Assembly: GCA_017991395.1 (NCBI GenBank)
Contig: JAGOQQ010000003.1
Span: 2,400 to 66,399 of the forward strand
Direction of reading: 5' to 3'
Origin: Minisyncoccota bacterium
Lineage (GTDB): Bacteria > Patescibacteriota > Minisyncoccia > Phycocordibacterales > UBA9973
DNA length: 64,000 nucleotides
The notes beneath the pieces are model-generated. The model did not search any database. It was not told where the DNA came from and saw only the letters and a program-made list of their open reading frames with translations. Below are positions 9,133-18,880 of this stretch, in pieces. How positions within the stretch are numbered: position 1 is the first letter of the stretch; each line of letters begins with the position of its first letter. The translations under genes and the position numbers were made by a program.

Positions 9133-9351
9133 AATCACAGACCATTATCTATTTGTCATCGCTCTCGACTGGGACCAAAGCACAAAATCCCGCGTAGGCG
9201 GGATGTTTGTGTCTTGTGGTCACAAATATTTTTCTCGTCGTCACTCGAAAAATTTCGCGACCCCGCCTCAGTTATTCGCATTGGTATGCGAATATACTTC
9301 CGACCGGCACAAGTATCAAAAAATGCCAAGCAGTTGGCGTTTTTCTCTCTT

Positions 9352-9366
9352 GTGCCCTTACTCCGA
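9352..9366 (+). repeat. 15-bp direct repeat of the tRNA-Arg 3' end (gtgcccttactccga)
   Basis: Identical to 9525-9539, the 3' end of the minus-strand tRNA-Arg; 17 bp if the preceding tt is included. Confidence 0.75.
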
Positions 9367-9475
9367 CGCTTCGCTATCTCACTCTTTGGAAACCCACGGT
9401 TTTCCAACGTTTGCTTCGCTCACTGCCTTCCTCCACGGGAAAACTAGAGTTTTCCCGACCCCTTTCCTGTTCGAT

Positions 9476-9488
9476 TCGGAGTAAGGGC
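9476..9488 (+). repeat. inverted copy (tcggagtaagggc) of the tRNA-Arg 3' end; with 9354-9366 it forms 13-bp terminal inverted repeats around a 109-bp ORF-free segment
   Basis: Perfect reverse complement of 9354-9366. Confidence 0.7.
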
Positions 9489-9490
9489 GT

Positions 9491-9519
9491 AAATAAAAAT
9501 ACACTTATACGAGTGTATT
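9491..9519 (-). terminator. terminator hairpin for tRNA-Arg (aatacact-tatacg-agtgtatt with U-run on minus strand)
   Basis: 8-bp stem; A-run 9491-9497 on the plus strand. Confidence 0.5.
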
Positions 9520-9525
9520 ATTTTG

Positions 9526-9597
9526 TGCCCTTACTCCGAATCGAACGGAGATCTATTCCTTAGGACGGAACTGTTCTATCCATTGAACTATAAGGGC
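9526..9597 (-). tRNA. tRNA-Arg (anticodon CCU)
   Basis: Reverse complement folds as GCCCTTA-TA-GTTC-AATGGATA-GAAC-A-GTTCC-GTCCTAA-GGAAT-AGAT-CTCCG-TTCGATT-CGGAG-TAAGGGC-A; 72 nt. Confidence 0.8.
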
Positions 9598-9604
9598 AAA
9601 ACAT

Positions 9605-9626
9605 AAAAAGCGCGTATGCGCTTTTT
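9605..9626. terminator. bidirectional terminator aaaaagcgc-gtat-gcgcttttt
   Basis: Perfect 9-bp stem flanked by A-run and T-run, between the convergent glutaredoxin gene and tRNA-Arg. Confidence 0.65.
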
Positions 9627-9641
9627 ATAACACACAGAACA

Positions 9642-9881
9642 CTATTTTTGAAGCTCTAGTGCTTCGGAAATCTTTGGTTCATTGAATCCCACAATCACTT
9701 CATCATTGATGACAATCACAGGAACGCCCATTTGCCCGCTTTTCTCAATCATTTCTGCACGCTTTGCTAAATCTGATCCAACATTAAATTCTTGGTATGC
9801 TACGTTGTGAGCCTTGAAGAAATCCTTTGCAAGACCGCAAAAATGACACGTTGGAGTACTATAGATTGTTACATTTTTCAT
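9642..9881 (-). CDS. glutaredoxin-like protein (NrdH/YruB-like thioredoxin fold)
   Basis: 79 aa, CHFC active site (TCHFCGLAKDFF) and GVPVIVIND motif. Confidence 0.8.
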   Translation of the reverse strand: MKNVTIYSTPTCHFCGLAKDFFKAHNVAYQEFNVGSDLAKRAEMIEKSGQMGVPVIVINDEVIVGFNEPKISEALELQK

Positions 9882-10062
9882 ACGTAATTGTGAATTATTT
9901 TATAAGTAAATACAGTATATCACACTCGAAATATCTGCACAGATTGACCGAATTGGTAGATATTTCGAAACCAATAATTCTGAAAAGTGTATTTATTGTT
10001 GCTTGACTTTTATGCTATTATGTGATACAATATTTTCAGAAAAACCTTAAAAAATCTATACT

Positions 10063-11190
10063 ATGTTAACAAAAATTATCTTATCGATTCTTGCAATTGC
10101 AGGACTCGCATTACTTTATTATTTGATTCATCTAGGATTTGCCGAAGTAATCAAATGGCTCGCAAAAAGAAAAATTCTTTGCGTGTACCTAAAAGAAAAC
10201 CGTATCATACAAATTGATGACGGTGAAAAATTCAATGAATTTGTTCTTAGCAAGAAAGGGTATTCATTTCAATTTCAAAAAGAAGAAAAGGAATGGAAAC
10301 ACGAGCGTGAGAAATGGAAAATTGTAAAAAATGAAAATTTCAACCTCGATGATCATCTATCTGGATTCAAAAGATGGTGTATGAAAGAACTTGGAATCTA
10401 TTGGTTCGGCGGATGGTTATTTTCAAGAAAGGTGAGGGTACGAGAAGTTGAGTTGTTTAGTTATGACCAACGAAATAAAAAGCTCGAAGAAATCGAACGA
10501 AGCTCGCCGTATTTATTTGCAACAGATACCCTGTATGCATGGGAAGTCCGTAATGCTGAAGATATCACAGGAAATTCCTTTCACGTAGATTTTGGAGTAA
10601 TCGCAAGTGTTACAAATCCATATATAGTATGGATTGAAAATGAAAAATGGGATCAAACTTTTGGTTCTATTGCCTGCTCTGCTCCACTGTCTTTAATTAA
10701 GTCGAAGCCCTTCCATATTCTCAGTAAACAAATTCAAAAAGGTGTTGAAAAAATAAAGGAAGAAGCGTCAAAGGGTGCAAAAAATGATGCAGAAAAAGAT
10801 GGAGAAAATGACGACGAAATTGCGGAAGCATTTAGTAAGGTTGTTATTGAAAAGCTAAGAAAGCAACTTAAAGGATTTGATTTTAAAAGAGTCACATTGT
10901 TTAATGTTGACCCAGAGAATCCAGGCGTTTTAGAAGCAATCCTAAAGTTTTATACTGCACAGTATGAAGCAGAGGCTTTAATTGAAGTGGGACGCGGAGA
11001 GGCCGGTAAAAATGCCCAACTCTTGAAAGTTGAGCGAGATGACTTGAAGAAAAGACTTAAAGCCATGGATGATCATCCAGAATCTGCGCGACTTTCGACA
11101 CTAAAGGAAACCTTCAAAAATGTAACAGTTCTTGGAGGAGATCAAATGACATTGTTAATCGATCCAAAACAAAAAGCAAAAAATGACTAA
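10063..11190 (+). CDS. membrane-anchored hypothetical protein with charged coiled-coil C-terminal region
   Basis: N-terminal TM helix, 375 aa, C-terminal AQYEAEALIEVGRGEAGK segment loosely reminiscent of SPFH/flotillin tails. No firm family. Confidence 0.45.
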   Translation: MLTKIILSILAIAGLALLYYLIHLGFAEVIKWLAKRKILCVYLKENRIIQIDDGEKFNEFVLSKKGYSFQFQKEEKEWKHEREKWKIVKNENFNLDDHLSGFKRWCMKELGIYWFGGWLFSRKVRVREVELFSYDQRNKKLEEIERSSPYLFATDTLYAWEVRNAEDITGNSFHVDFGVIASVTNPYIVWIENEKWDQTFGSIACSAPLSLIKSKPFHILSKQIQKGVEKIKEEASKGAKNDAEKDGENDDEIAEAFSKVVIEKLRKQLKGFDFKRVTLFNVDPENPGVLEAILKFYTAQYEAEALIEVGRGEAGKNAQLLKVERDDLKKRLKAMDDHPESARLSTLKETFKNVTVLGGDQMTLLIDPKQKAKND

Positions 11191-12079
11191 AATGGGTAAT
11201 TGGATTAAAAAAACATTCAGTGGCACTGGAAAGTACTTCAGAAAAAAAATGCCGAACGTGCGTCACAAAATGACGAGAATCGGCAATTGGATTGGAAAAG
11301 TATTTGGTGGTACCGGAAAGTATCTCCGACGAAAGCTGTCTGGTGTACGAAGTAATTTATCGAAAAGAATGAGCGGATTATTTAAAGGGTTCAAAAGCGT
11401 TCCTTACTTCTATGGTCTAAAGTCGGTATTTGCAGTTATTGCATTTGTAGTAGTCTCTAAAATTATGTTTTCAGATACCAGCAGTACTGAGAGTGGAGGC
11501 GTTGACTGGGTTACAATATGGCAAATTATTGGTCTACTAGCATTTATAGCACTCTGCATCTATCTAGTTGTCAGATTTGCCAAAGTGACTGGAAGTAGCA
11601 CTACACCTAGTGCAAAAATTAAAACAAGCGCACCCGTTACGGTTGTCTCAAGTCAATCAACTTCGACAAAATCTACTGTGTGGGGATCGCTGAAAAGCTT
11701 TGTTGGCTTCTTGATAGGAGCGGCATTGGTAATGTACGTCATCATGCTAACTTATGGATACGGAGTCAAAACCATCCATGAAATTACTGGTAACGATGGT
11801 AAAAAATCACCCACATTCAAGGAAAGCACCTGGGAGCAAAAAACATTAAAGTTTACCTCGGAGGAGAATGCAGAATTTGTTCTTGTAGCACCGCCAGGAT
11901 ATCGGATTAAATCCGACGACTTTCCCGCAAACGGGATAATCATCGCAGATGATGGCACACGTTATCGAGTGGGACCAGATTACGGATACAAGATTCCAGA
12001 TATGAAAACAAACATTCACTGGAAATGTATCTCAATGGGAAATCCATTTGAGGTGACAATTTACACCTCAAGAAAATAG
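11183..12079 (+). CDS. membrane hypothetical protein with N-terminal tandem repeat GNWIxKxFxGTGKYxRxK x2
   Basis: 298 aa, overlaps the upstream gene by 8 nt (operon); 3 TM segments. Confidence 0.45.
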   Translation: MTKMGNWIKKTFSGTGKYFRKKMPNVRHKMTRIGNWIGKVFGGTGKYLRRKLSGVRSNLSKRMSGLFKGFKSVPYFYGLKSVFAVIAFVVVSKIMFSDTSSTESGGVDWVTIWQIIGLLAFIALCIYLVVRFAKVTGSSTTPSAKIKTSAPVTVVSSQSTSTKSTVWGSLKSFVGFLIGAALVMYVIMLTYGYGVKTIHEITGNDGKKSPTFKESTWEQKTLKFTSEENAEFVLVAPPGYRIKSDDFPANGIIIADDGTRYRVGPDYGYKIPDMKTNIHWKCISMGNPFEVTIYTSRK

Positions 12080-12100
12080 TATAGAGTATGTTCTTTAGGA

Positions 12101-12126
12101 GCCCGACGATTTTGTCGGGCTTTTCT
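12101..12126 (+). terminator. rho-independent terminator gcccgacgat-tttg-tcgggc + T-run
   Basis: Sequence. Confidence 0.7.
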
Positions 12127-12131
12127 TATAC

Positions 12132-12164
12132 AAAAAATCCCTCACAATTGTGAGGGATTTTTTC
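12132..12164 (-). terminator. terminator aaaaaatccctcaca-attg-tgtgagggatttttt for the convergent minus-strand operon
   Basis: Perfect 14-bp stem flanked by A/T runs, 4 nt from the stop of 12168..12482. Confidence 0.7.
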
Positions 12165-12167
12165 AAA

Positions 12168-12482
12168 CTAGTTTATGTCTCTTATTTCTACAGTGCCTTG
12201 CCTTGGATCAATACCTTGGATGCCAAATGTATTGATAATGATTTGCATCAAACCAAACACGGCAACCATGATAAACATTCCAATTATTCCATAGAGCATG
12301 TGATCCTTGCCCTTTGTTTTTTCAGATTCACTTTCTGACCTAAAGAAAACCAACATTCCCCACAAAAAATACAGCACAGCTACTGTGAAAATAAAAAGTA
12401 TGACTGGATTTATTATGAGTCGATTTACTTTTCTGACGAGCTCATCAACACCTGCATATGCGATTGGAATGAAATAATGCAT
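12168..12482 (-). CDS. small two-TM membrane protein, paralogue 5 of pilin-like family (no cleavable signal evident)
   Basis: 104 aa with TM1, a KTKGKD loop, TM2 and INTFGIQG, the motif architecture shared with the four upstream paralogues. Confidence 0.55.
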   Translation of the reverse strand: MHYFIPIAYAGVDELVRKVNRLIINPVILFIFTVAVLYFLWGMLVFFRSESESEKTKGKDHMLYGIIGMFIMVAVFGLMQIIINTFGIQGIDPRQGTVEIRDIN

Positions 12483-12499
12483 TGAGTGGTTTAATCAAC

Positions 12500-12862
12500 T
12501 TAACAACCTGATGTTCCTGGGATACAAGGAATGTTTTGAATAGATCCTTCATTTCCGTTAAGAAATGTATTTGAAAGCACATCTACAAGTCCCCACATTG
12601 CAACAATAACAAACAGTCCAATAATACCTGAAATCATCATGTTTCTTCCCTTCTCTTTTGTTCCGTCGTCCTTACCCATAACGTATGTAATCACACCGTA
12701 AATAAACACTGCAACTGCAAAAGTAATAAGCAATGGAATTATAATGTTCAAAATACGTTGAATTGTGCCAAGTATGCTCTCTGCATCAACAGTACCTTGT
12801 GCACCAACTACAAATGGGAACAAAAACATCAAAGGTAACAAAAACGAAATATACTTTTTCAT
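12500..12862 (-). CDS. secreted two-TM pilin-like protein (TrbC/VirB2-type architecture), paralogue 4
   Basis: Sec signal ...FVVGAQG, then TM1, a GKDDGTKEKGRN loop, TM2 and SNTF. Confidence 0.55.
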   Translation of the reverse strand: MKKYISFLLPLMFLFPFVVGAQGTVDAESILGTIQRILNIIIPLLITFAVAVFIYGVITYVMGKDDGTKEKGRNMMISGIIGLFVIVAMWGLVDVLSNTFLNGNEGSIQNIPCIPGTSGC

Positions 12863-12960
12863 AATTAATTTAATGAATAATAACTTATAATGAAGAGGAA
12901 ATACCTACTCTCCTTTGCTTATAATTATAGCACCGATTTTACAAAGTCAATACTAAAATA

Positions 12961-13500
12961 CTATTGATCTGTAGGGAAAAGTGGCAATACCGTATCAAAG
13001 CCGAAAGTATTCCCCACAACACGAACTATCCCCCACATTGCCGTCATAAAAAACAGTGCAAGTATTCCCCACAGAATATACTGTCTACCTTTCAAAAGTT
13101 CTTTTGGGTCAGCAGAAATCACATATTTAATAATCCCAATGATAAACAACGTAATCGCAAGAGTAAATACAAGTCTGAATATATTTGTTTGGATAAAGCA
13201 TCTTATATAATCCAAAAGCTCTCTTAAGTTTTCAAAATTTTTATTACAATACGCGAATACTTGAATATCTGTATTTTGTGTGGAACTATACAAATTTGAA
13301 TTTGTATCATATTGAACCTCATTTGGATCAACATTTCCCCAATCAAAGGTATTAAATACATTTCCATCATCAAATGTATTTCTCTGGGCAATAGCAACAC
13401 TCGGCACAAGTGTAGCAACACAAACAAACAACATAGCCATTACTGTCATGCATATTGCAATTCTTTTACTTATACTCATTGTTATACTTTTTTTACTCAT
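12961..13500 (-). CDS. secreted two-TM pilin-like protein, paralogue 3 (longer N-terminal Asn/Thr-rich region)
   Basis: Signal ...VAIAQR, TM1, an ADPKELLKGR loop, TM2 and GNTFGF. Confidence 0.55.
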   Translation of the reverse strand: MSKKSITMSISKRIAICMTVMAMLFVCVATLVPSVAIAQRNTFDDGNVFNTFDWGNVDPNEVQYDTNSNLYSSTQNTDIQVFAYCNKNFENLRELLDYIRCFIQTNIFRLVFTLAITLFIIGIIKYVISADPKELLKGRQYILWGILALFFMTAMWGIVRVVGNTFGFDTVLPLFPTDQ

Positions 13501-13504
13501 AGAT

Positions 13505-13954
13505 TTATGGGGTTACTAGCTCGTTGACTGTCTCGCCCAATGCATTTGCAAGCACCCATGCACCGAGAAGTATCGCGGCGCCAATCATTACACCAAAAAG
13601 ATTATTTTTTGCCTTTTCAATTTCGGAAGGATTTCCCCGTGCAGTGACAAATTTGAAACCTGCAAGAATAATAAATACGGCGATCACAGGCACACCAATA
13701 GTGAGTACAATATCAAGCAATCTTTTTACAAAATCAGTTATTGTATTGACACCAGAACCAGCAAGAGGGTTGTTGAGTTCAAAATCCAAAGTTATATCGC
13801 CAGTTCCTGTATCGAGACCTTGACCTCCACCTGTACCAGTATCTAATTGTGCGTACACAACACCAACATTCTGATTGCAAAGTGTTGCAATCGCCATTAG
13901 CAAAATTATGCAAATTTTTGTATTTTTATAAATCCAAAGTAAATGTTTTTTCAT
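13505..13954 (-). CDS. secreted two-TM pilin-like protein, paralogue 2 (Gly/Thr-rich N-terminal stretch)
   Basis: Signal ...VVYAQL, TM1, an ARGNPSEIEKAK loop, TM2 and ANALG. Confidence 0.55.
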   Translation of the reverse strand: MKKHLLWIYKNTKICIILLMAIATLCNQNVGVVYAQLDTGTGGGQGLDTGTGDITLDFELNNPLAGSGVNTITDFVKRLLDIVLTIGVPVIAVFIILAGFKFVTARGNPSEIEKAKNNLFGVMIGAAILLGAWVLANALGETVNELVTP

Positions 13955-13960
13955 AATTTT

Positions 13961-14341
13961 TTAATAAAATGCATCAAATTTGTCTGCATCGAATCCCAGA
14001 CCTTGCATTATCACCTTAACAATAAGATACGCTCCGAGCGCAACACCATATCCGATAAGCATCTTAATAAACATTGACTTTGCTTTTCCTTTATTGCTTG
14101 GATTGTCGCCTGATCGCATATAAAGCCACCCCGCATACGCAAACACAATTGCTGCAAAGGGTGTGGCGAGTGTGAACAACATGAAGTTGATTACATTGTT
14201 GAAAAGCACCATCAACTTCTCAAAACTACAATCCTCTCCGTCACATGGAATCAAATTTCCCTGCGCGTGTGTAATTGCTGGCACATAAATAGCGGTGAGT
14301 ATTAGAAATGATGTGCACAACGCCAAAATTTTTTTATACAT
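13961..14341 (-). CDS. secreted two-TM pilin-like protein, paralogue 1
   Basis: Signal ...AITHAQG, TM1, an RSGDNPSNKGKAK loop, TM2 and QGLGF. Confidence 0.55.
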   Translation of the reverse strand: MYKKILALCTSFLILTAIYVPAITHAQGNLIPCDGEDCSFEKLMVLFNNVINFMLFTLATPFAAIVFAYAGWLYMRSGDNPSNKGKAKSMFIKMLIGYGVALGAYLIVKVIMQGLGFDADKFDAFY

Positions 14342-14343
14342 AC

Positions 14344-15669
14344 TTATATTCTAATTGGATTAAGTAAAATATCAAATTGAGTATCAAGTTTGTTTGTCAC
14401 CTGATCGGCGCTTTCTGCGCCTGATTTGAGTTTTCTGAGGGCGTCGATAAAGAGTGTAGTAGTATCAGGCCCAGAAGGATCAAACCAAGCTTTTGATATC
14501 AATGATGATTGGTAAAAAACACTTACATATGGAATCGTCTGAGGAGTGGAAAGGAGGTCACGACGTGCTGGTGGCAATGACAAACTTGAAGCGATAATGC
14601 CCGCAAACTGTGGACTTGTGAGCTGTGTTACAACTGAAAATGCGGCTCCAACATTTTTCGAATTTTTTGTGATGGCGATGCTGTTCATTTTACCATACGT
14701 TGTTTTGAGTTTTGCACCTTCTAATTGTGGTACAAGTGAGACATTGAAATTGAGGTTTGGATTTCTGTCTTTGATATAGAAAAGTTCACTTGCATAGCCG
14801 ATATAAAATGCGCTATTGCCCGCTATAAACGTATTGCGTGAGTTTTCCATGCCCGCATTCCATGTATACACTGCGCTCTCAGCAGGATTTGAAAACTTTG
14901 TATAAAATTCTAACGCACGTGGACCTGGGCGAAATTGCCCATCGGGTGCTGTGTCATTGATAGCCGAAAGAAGTTTGTCGCCACTCTTAACAACAATCGG
15001 TGTGCCAAATTGCATCATGAGAAGAGAGATAATTTCCTTTGCATTTGAAATATTGTTAAATTCACCAAGTGCAATGGTGCTCTGAGAAATATTATATGAC
15101 GTATCAGAAATTGTAAGGGTTGGAATCAAGGCGATGATTTCTTGCCATGTTTTTGGTGGAAGCGCAACACCAGACGAATCAAGCATTGCTTGGTTGTAAT
15201 ACAGTACGAGTGGATCTACGGTAATTGGAAGTCCAAAGATACCCGAACTTCCGAGATACAACTCTGCTTCACTGATGAATGTATCTTGAAATTGCTTGAG
15301 AGGATAATTTGTGTATGGAATTTGAAATACTTTGTCGCTGTATCGAATCACCAAATCATTTGGAAGAAAAATAAGGTCTGGTCCTTTGCCTGAAGCGAGT
15401 GCTTCGATCAGCTCAGTATCAAAATCATTTTGATTTACGTATTTATAGCTTAAACTAAATGCCTTGTTGTTTGCATTTATTTGATCAAGTAATGGCGACA
15501 TTGTCTTTTGTGGGACTGAACCCCAAAGAACAACAGGAACACCCGCGGTTGAAGCAGAATTTTTGCCGACAGATATTGCTCCAGAAAAAACCAGCACTGC
15601 TAAAACAACAAATGCTCCAAATACGACGAGAAGTATCAATTGAAATTTTGAACTTTTTTCTTGTGCCAT
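14344..15669 (-). CDS. membrane-anchored extracellular solute-binding-protein-like protein (ABC SBP family 1-like)
   Basis: N-terminal TM anchor; 441 aa; motifs typical of sugar-type SBPs (DLIFLPND, FGLPITVDPLVLYYNQAML). Two nt from the pilin-like array. Confidence 0.5.
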   Translation of the reverse strand: MAQEKSSKFQLILLVVFGAFVVLAVLVFSGAISVGKNSASTAGVPVVLWGSVPQKTMSPLLDQINANNKAFSLSYKYVNQNDFDTELIEALASGKGPDLIFLPNDLVIRYSDKVFQIPYTNYPLKQFQDTFISEAELYLGSSGIFGLPITVDPLVLYYNQAMLDSSGVALPPKTWQEIIALIPTLTISDTSYNISQSTIALGEFNNISNAKEIISLLMMQFGTPIVVKSGDKLLSAINDTAPDGQFRPGPRALEFYTKFSNPAESAVYTWNAGMENSRNTFIAGNSAFYIGYASELFYIKDRNPNLNFNVSLVPQLEGAKLKTTYGKMNSIAITKNSKNVGAAFSVVTQLTSPQFAGIIASSLSLPPARRDLLSTPQTIPYVSVFYQSSLISKAWFDPSGPDTTTLFIDALRKLKSGAESADQVTNKLDTQFDILLNPIRI

Positions 15670-15672
15670 AAA

Positions 15673-16227
15673 TTATATTCTTTTCATTATTATTCCGTAA
15701 TGGTGAGTGCCTGGGTCAAAACTTTTGTCATATGAAAATCCTGTTTCTTCAAAAAGCCTTCGTGCTGATGATTCGTTGACTACATGATCACCTTTTGGTC
15801 CTGCGCCTGCACCGTCACCCGTCCAATCCACAATCATCACCCGTCCACCTGGCTTCATGATTCGCGCAATCTCTCGAGCAAAGCCTACTTTGTCTTCAAT
15901 TTGAAATAAGACATTTGCGACAATGGATGCGTCAACCAACTTATCAGCAAGTTTTGTGCCACCGCGGAGTTCTATGTTTGCCCACACACATTCAACATTT
16001 CCGAGACCTTCATCTCGGATTCTGTTTTTCAATGTTTCAACAAGTTCTTTTTGAACATCAAGTGCATATACCTTGCCAGAGCTTCCAACTCGTCGTGATG
16101 CTTCGCGTGTGTACCATCCGCTTCCTGCGCCAAGATCCACCACAATCTCTCCTTCTTTTAGGTATAATTCTTTTATGTTATCCGCTGGTTCTTTGAATTG
16201 CATACTATGTATATATAATTGTATCAC
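15673..16227 (-). CDS. class I SAM-dependent methyltransferase
   Basis: VVDLGAGSG motif I, acidic motif II (ALDV); the start may be the internal Met at 16203. Confidence 0.7.
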   Translation of the reverse strand: MIQLYIHSMQFKEPADNIKELYLKEGEIVVDLGAGSGWYTREASRRVGSSGKVYALDVQKELVETLKNRIRDEGLGNVECVWANIELRGGTKLADKLVDASIVANVLFQIEDKVGFAREIARIMKPGGRVMIVDWTGDGAGAGPKGDHVVNESSARRLFEETGFSYDKSFDPGTHHYGIIMKRI

Positions 16228-16308
16228 TCAAAATACGTACTGTGTGGGGAAAAGCTTTGGGCGGGTGAGGTCGGAAGCAATGAAAGAATGTTGTATGGGA
16301 TTCTTATT

Positions 16309-16342
16309 CAAAAGAGCGGCGCCCATGGGCGCCGCTCTTTTG
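16309..16342. terminator. bidirectional terminator, 15-bp perfect palindrome aaaagagcggcgccc/gggcgccgctctttt
   Basis: Immediately 3' of the gyrA stop. Confidence 0.7.
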
Positions 16343-16378
16343 AATAAACACATTTCATTTTCCCTCTTAAACTATTTT

Positions 16379-18853
16379 TTAAAGAATCGTAAGTGATGCA
16401 ATAGTATCTCCCGCACGAAGCTTCATCACTGTCACACCTTGAGTCTGTCTTCCAAGTGATGGAATGGCTGAGAGTTCTACACGAATCACCTGACCCTTTT
16501 TCGAGATTGCCACCATTTCTCCCTCACCTTCACTTTTAACAATTTTTCCGATTATGAGCTTTCCGGTTTTTGGAGTAATTTTTGCAGTGAGTACTCCTGA
16601 TCCACCACGTTTTTGAACTTTGTATTCTTTTATAGAAGTTTTCTTTCCGAGTCCATTTTCACTCATGACAAGAAACGATCCGTCATTGTCTCCTTTCCTA
16701 ATCGCATCCACTGACACAACTGAGTCGCCTTTTCCGAGACTAATTGCTCGTACTCCACCCGCTGATCGGCCCATTTCACGAATGTCAGATTCTTTGAATC
16801 GAATTGATTGACCATTGTTACTTCCGAGAAGCACGTCATCGCCTTTCTCTACGAGCAATGCTGATTTGAGTGCATCATCTTTGTCGAGTCGAATTGCAAT
16901 GAGCCCACTTCGTCGAACATCTTTGAAACTATCTGCAGACATTTTTTTACCTACACCTTGCTCTGTGATAAGCACGAGTGAGAGACCTGCTTGAGCTTTG
17001 ACTTCTTTTGGAACAGGAAGAATTGATTGAACTTTTTCATCAGATCCTAGTGAAAGGAAGTTCATAATTGATTTTCCTTTTGTTGCACGTTTGCCTTCAG
17101 GAATATCATACATTTTCATCTGATATGCTTTTCCGAGGTTTGTAAAGAAAAGAAGATCATTGTGAGTATTTGCAGTAACGAGCATGGTGACCAAATCCTC
17201 TTCCTTGGTCTCCATATCTATCACGCCCACACCTCCGCGCTTTTGAGTACGGTACTCACTTGGGTCTGTACGCTTCACGTATCCGCCTTGTGTAAACACA
17301 AGTACAGATTCTTTTTCTGGAATAAGGTCTTCGATGTTGATCATTTTTACACCACCTTTAACAATACGACTTCGGCGTTCGTCTGCATATTTTTCTTTGA
17401 TTTCTGCGAGTTCAGTTGAAATCACACCAAGTATTCGCTTTGGGCTTGCAAGAAGCGCTTCAAGTTCTTTGATGAGATCTTGTTTCTCTTTGAGTTCGAG
17501 TTCGACATTTTTTCGTTCAAGACCTGCGAGTTTTTGGAGTCGCATTTCGAGAATTGCAGTTGCTTGAATATCAGAAAACTTAAATTCTTTTATCAAGTTT
17601 GTTTTTGCGGTTGCAGTATCTTTTGATGCACGGATGATTGAAATGACTTTATCAATGTGATCAAGAGCTTTTTTGAGTCCAAGCAAAATATGCTCACGTT
17701 CTTTTGCTTTTCGAAGATCAAATTCTGTGCGACGTCGCACCACTTCGCGTCGGTGAAGCAGAAATTCATTTAGAAGTGATTTGAGTGAGAGTGTTTGAGG
17801 AATACCGTCCACGAGCGCCACCATATTAAAATTGAAATTTGATTCGAGTTGTGTGTGCTTGTAGATATAGTTGAGGACTTTTTGAGGATGTACGCCATTT
17901 TTCAAATCAATGACCACACGAATATCTCGTGTCGACAAGTCTCTAATATCTCGAATACCTTCAAGTTTTTTTTCTTGAACAAGGTCTACGATATTTGTAA
18001 TCAAGTCTGATTTGTTTACGCGATACGGAAGTGAGGTAATGACAATTTGAGATTGCCCTGATTTGAGTTCGGCAATTTCTGCATGACCACGACACACGAC
18101 ACCACCACGTCCTGTGGCATATGCATGTGCGAGATCTTTTTCACCATAGACAATTCCACCAGTTGGAAAATCTGGACCTTTTACAAATTCGAGCAAGTCT
18201 TCTGTAGTTGCCTCTGGATGTTCAACAAGATGAGTACATGCATCAATCAGTTCACCGAGATTGTGCGGAGGAATATTTGTCGCCATGCCCACAGCAATAC
18301 CAAGTGTTCCATTTAGTAGCAGTCCTGGAACTGCAGATGGAAGTACAATTGGTTCTTTTCGTGTGGTGTCGTAGTTTGGACGAAAATCCACAGTGTCTTT
18401 TTCGATATCACGAAGTAGCTCACCAGAGAGCTTTGACATTTTTGCTTCGGTATAACGCATCGCCGCTGCTGAGTCGCCGTCGATTGATCCGAAGTTTCCT
18501 TGACCAATCACAAGTGGATATCTGTATGAAAATTCTTGTGTGACGGTCACCATTGAGTCGTACACAGCTGTGTCGCCGTGTGGGTGATATTTACCGAGCA
18601 CGTCTCCCACGATAAACGCTGATTTACGAAACTTTGCAGACGCAGTGAGCCCGTTTTCATGCATTGAATAAAGAATTCTTCGGTGTACAGGCTTGAGCCC
18701 ATCACGTGCATCAGGGAGCGCACGAGATACGATAACAGACATCGCATATGACAAATACGAGTCTTTCATTTCAGTCACAATATTGATTGGAACCACAGAC
18801 TGTCGTGGAACCTCTGGTTGTTCACCTTTAGGAGAAATATCTTTTTTTGCCAT
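16379..18853 (-). CDS. gyrA: DNA gyrase subunit A
   Basis: [27 protein letters not shown] active-site region, 824 aa, C-terminal beta-pinwheel repeats. Confidence 0.9.
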   Translation of the reverse strand: MAKKDISPKGEQPEVPRQSVVPINIVTEMKDSYLSYAMSVIVSRALPDARDGLKPVHRRILYSMHENGLTASAKFRKSAFIVGDVLGKYHPHGDTAVYDSMVTVTQEFSYRYPLVIGQGNFGSIDGDSAAAMRYTEAKMSKLSGELLRDIEKDTVDFRPNYDTTRKEPIVLPSAVPGLLLNGTLGIAVGMATNIPPHNLGELIDACTHLVEHPEATTEDLLEFVKGPDFPTGGIVYGEKDLAHAYATGRGGVVCRGHAEIAELKSGQSQIVITSLPYRVNKSDLITNIVDLVQEKKLEGIRDIRDLSTRDIRVVIDLKNGVHPQKVLNYIYKHTQLESNFNFNMVALVDGIPQTLSLKSLLNEFLLHRREVVRRRTEFDLRKAKEREHILLGLKKALDHIDKVISIIRASKDTATAKTNLIKEFKFSDIQATAILEMRLQKLAGLERKNVELELKEKQDLIKELEALLASPKRILGVISTELAEIKEKYADERRSRIVKGGVKMINIEDLIPEKESVLVFTQGGYVKRTDPSEYRTQKRGGVGVIDMETKEEDLVTMLVTANTHNDLLFFTNLGKAYQMKMYDIPEGKRATKGKSIMNFLSLGSDEKVQSILPVPKEVKAQAGLSLVLITEQGVGKKMSADSFKDVRRSGLIAIRLDKDDALKSALLVEKGDDVLLGSNNGQSIRFKESDIREMGRSAGGVRAISLGKGDSVVSVDAIRKGDNDGSFLVMSENGLGKKTSIKEYKVQKRGGSGVLTAKITPKTGKLIIGKIVKSEGEGEMVAISKKGQVIRVELSAIPSLGRQTQGVTVMKLRAGDTIASLTIL

Positions 18854-18880
18854 ATTTAATACGTATTATTGTACTATATT

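Noticed and set aside
9104-9563. Several overlapping 77-126-aa ORFs in three frames
   Set aside because: They are mutually overlapping and Cys/Arg/Ser-rich with low-complexity translations. The region is fully explained by hairpins, tRNA-Arg and tRNA-derived repeats.
10063-11190. SPFH/flotillin family assignment for the 375-aa membrane protein
   Set aside because: Only a short Ala/Glu-rich C-terminal stretch resembles flotillin tails; the core SPFH motifs are not recognisable.
16620-18543. Short plus-strand ORFs within gyrA
   Set aside because: Antisense to a strongly supported 824-aa gyrA.
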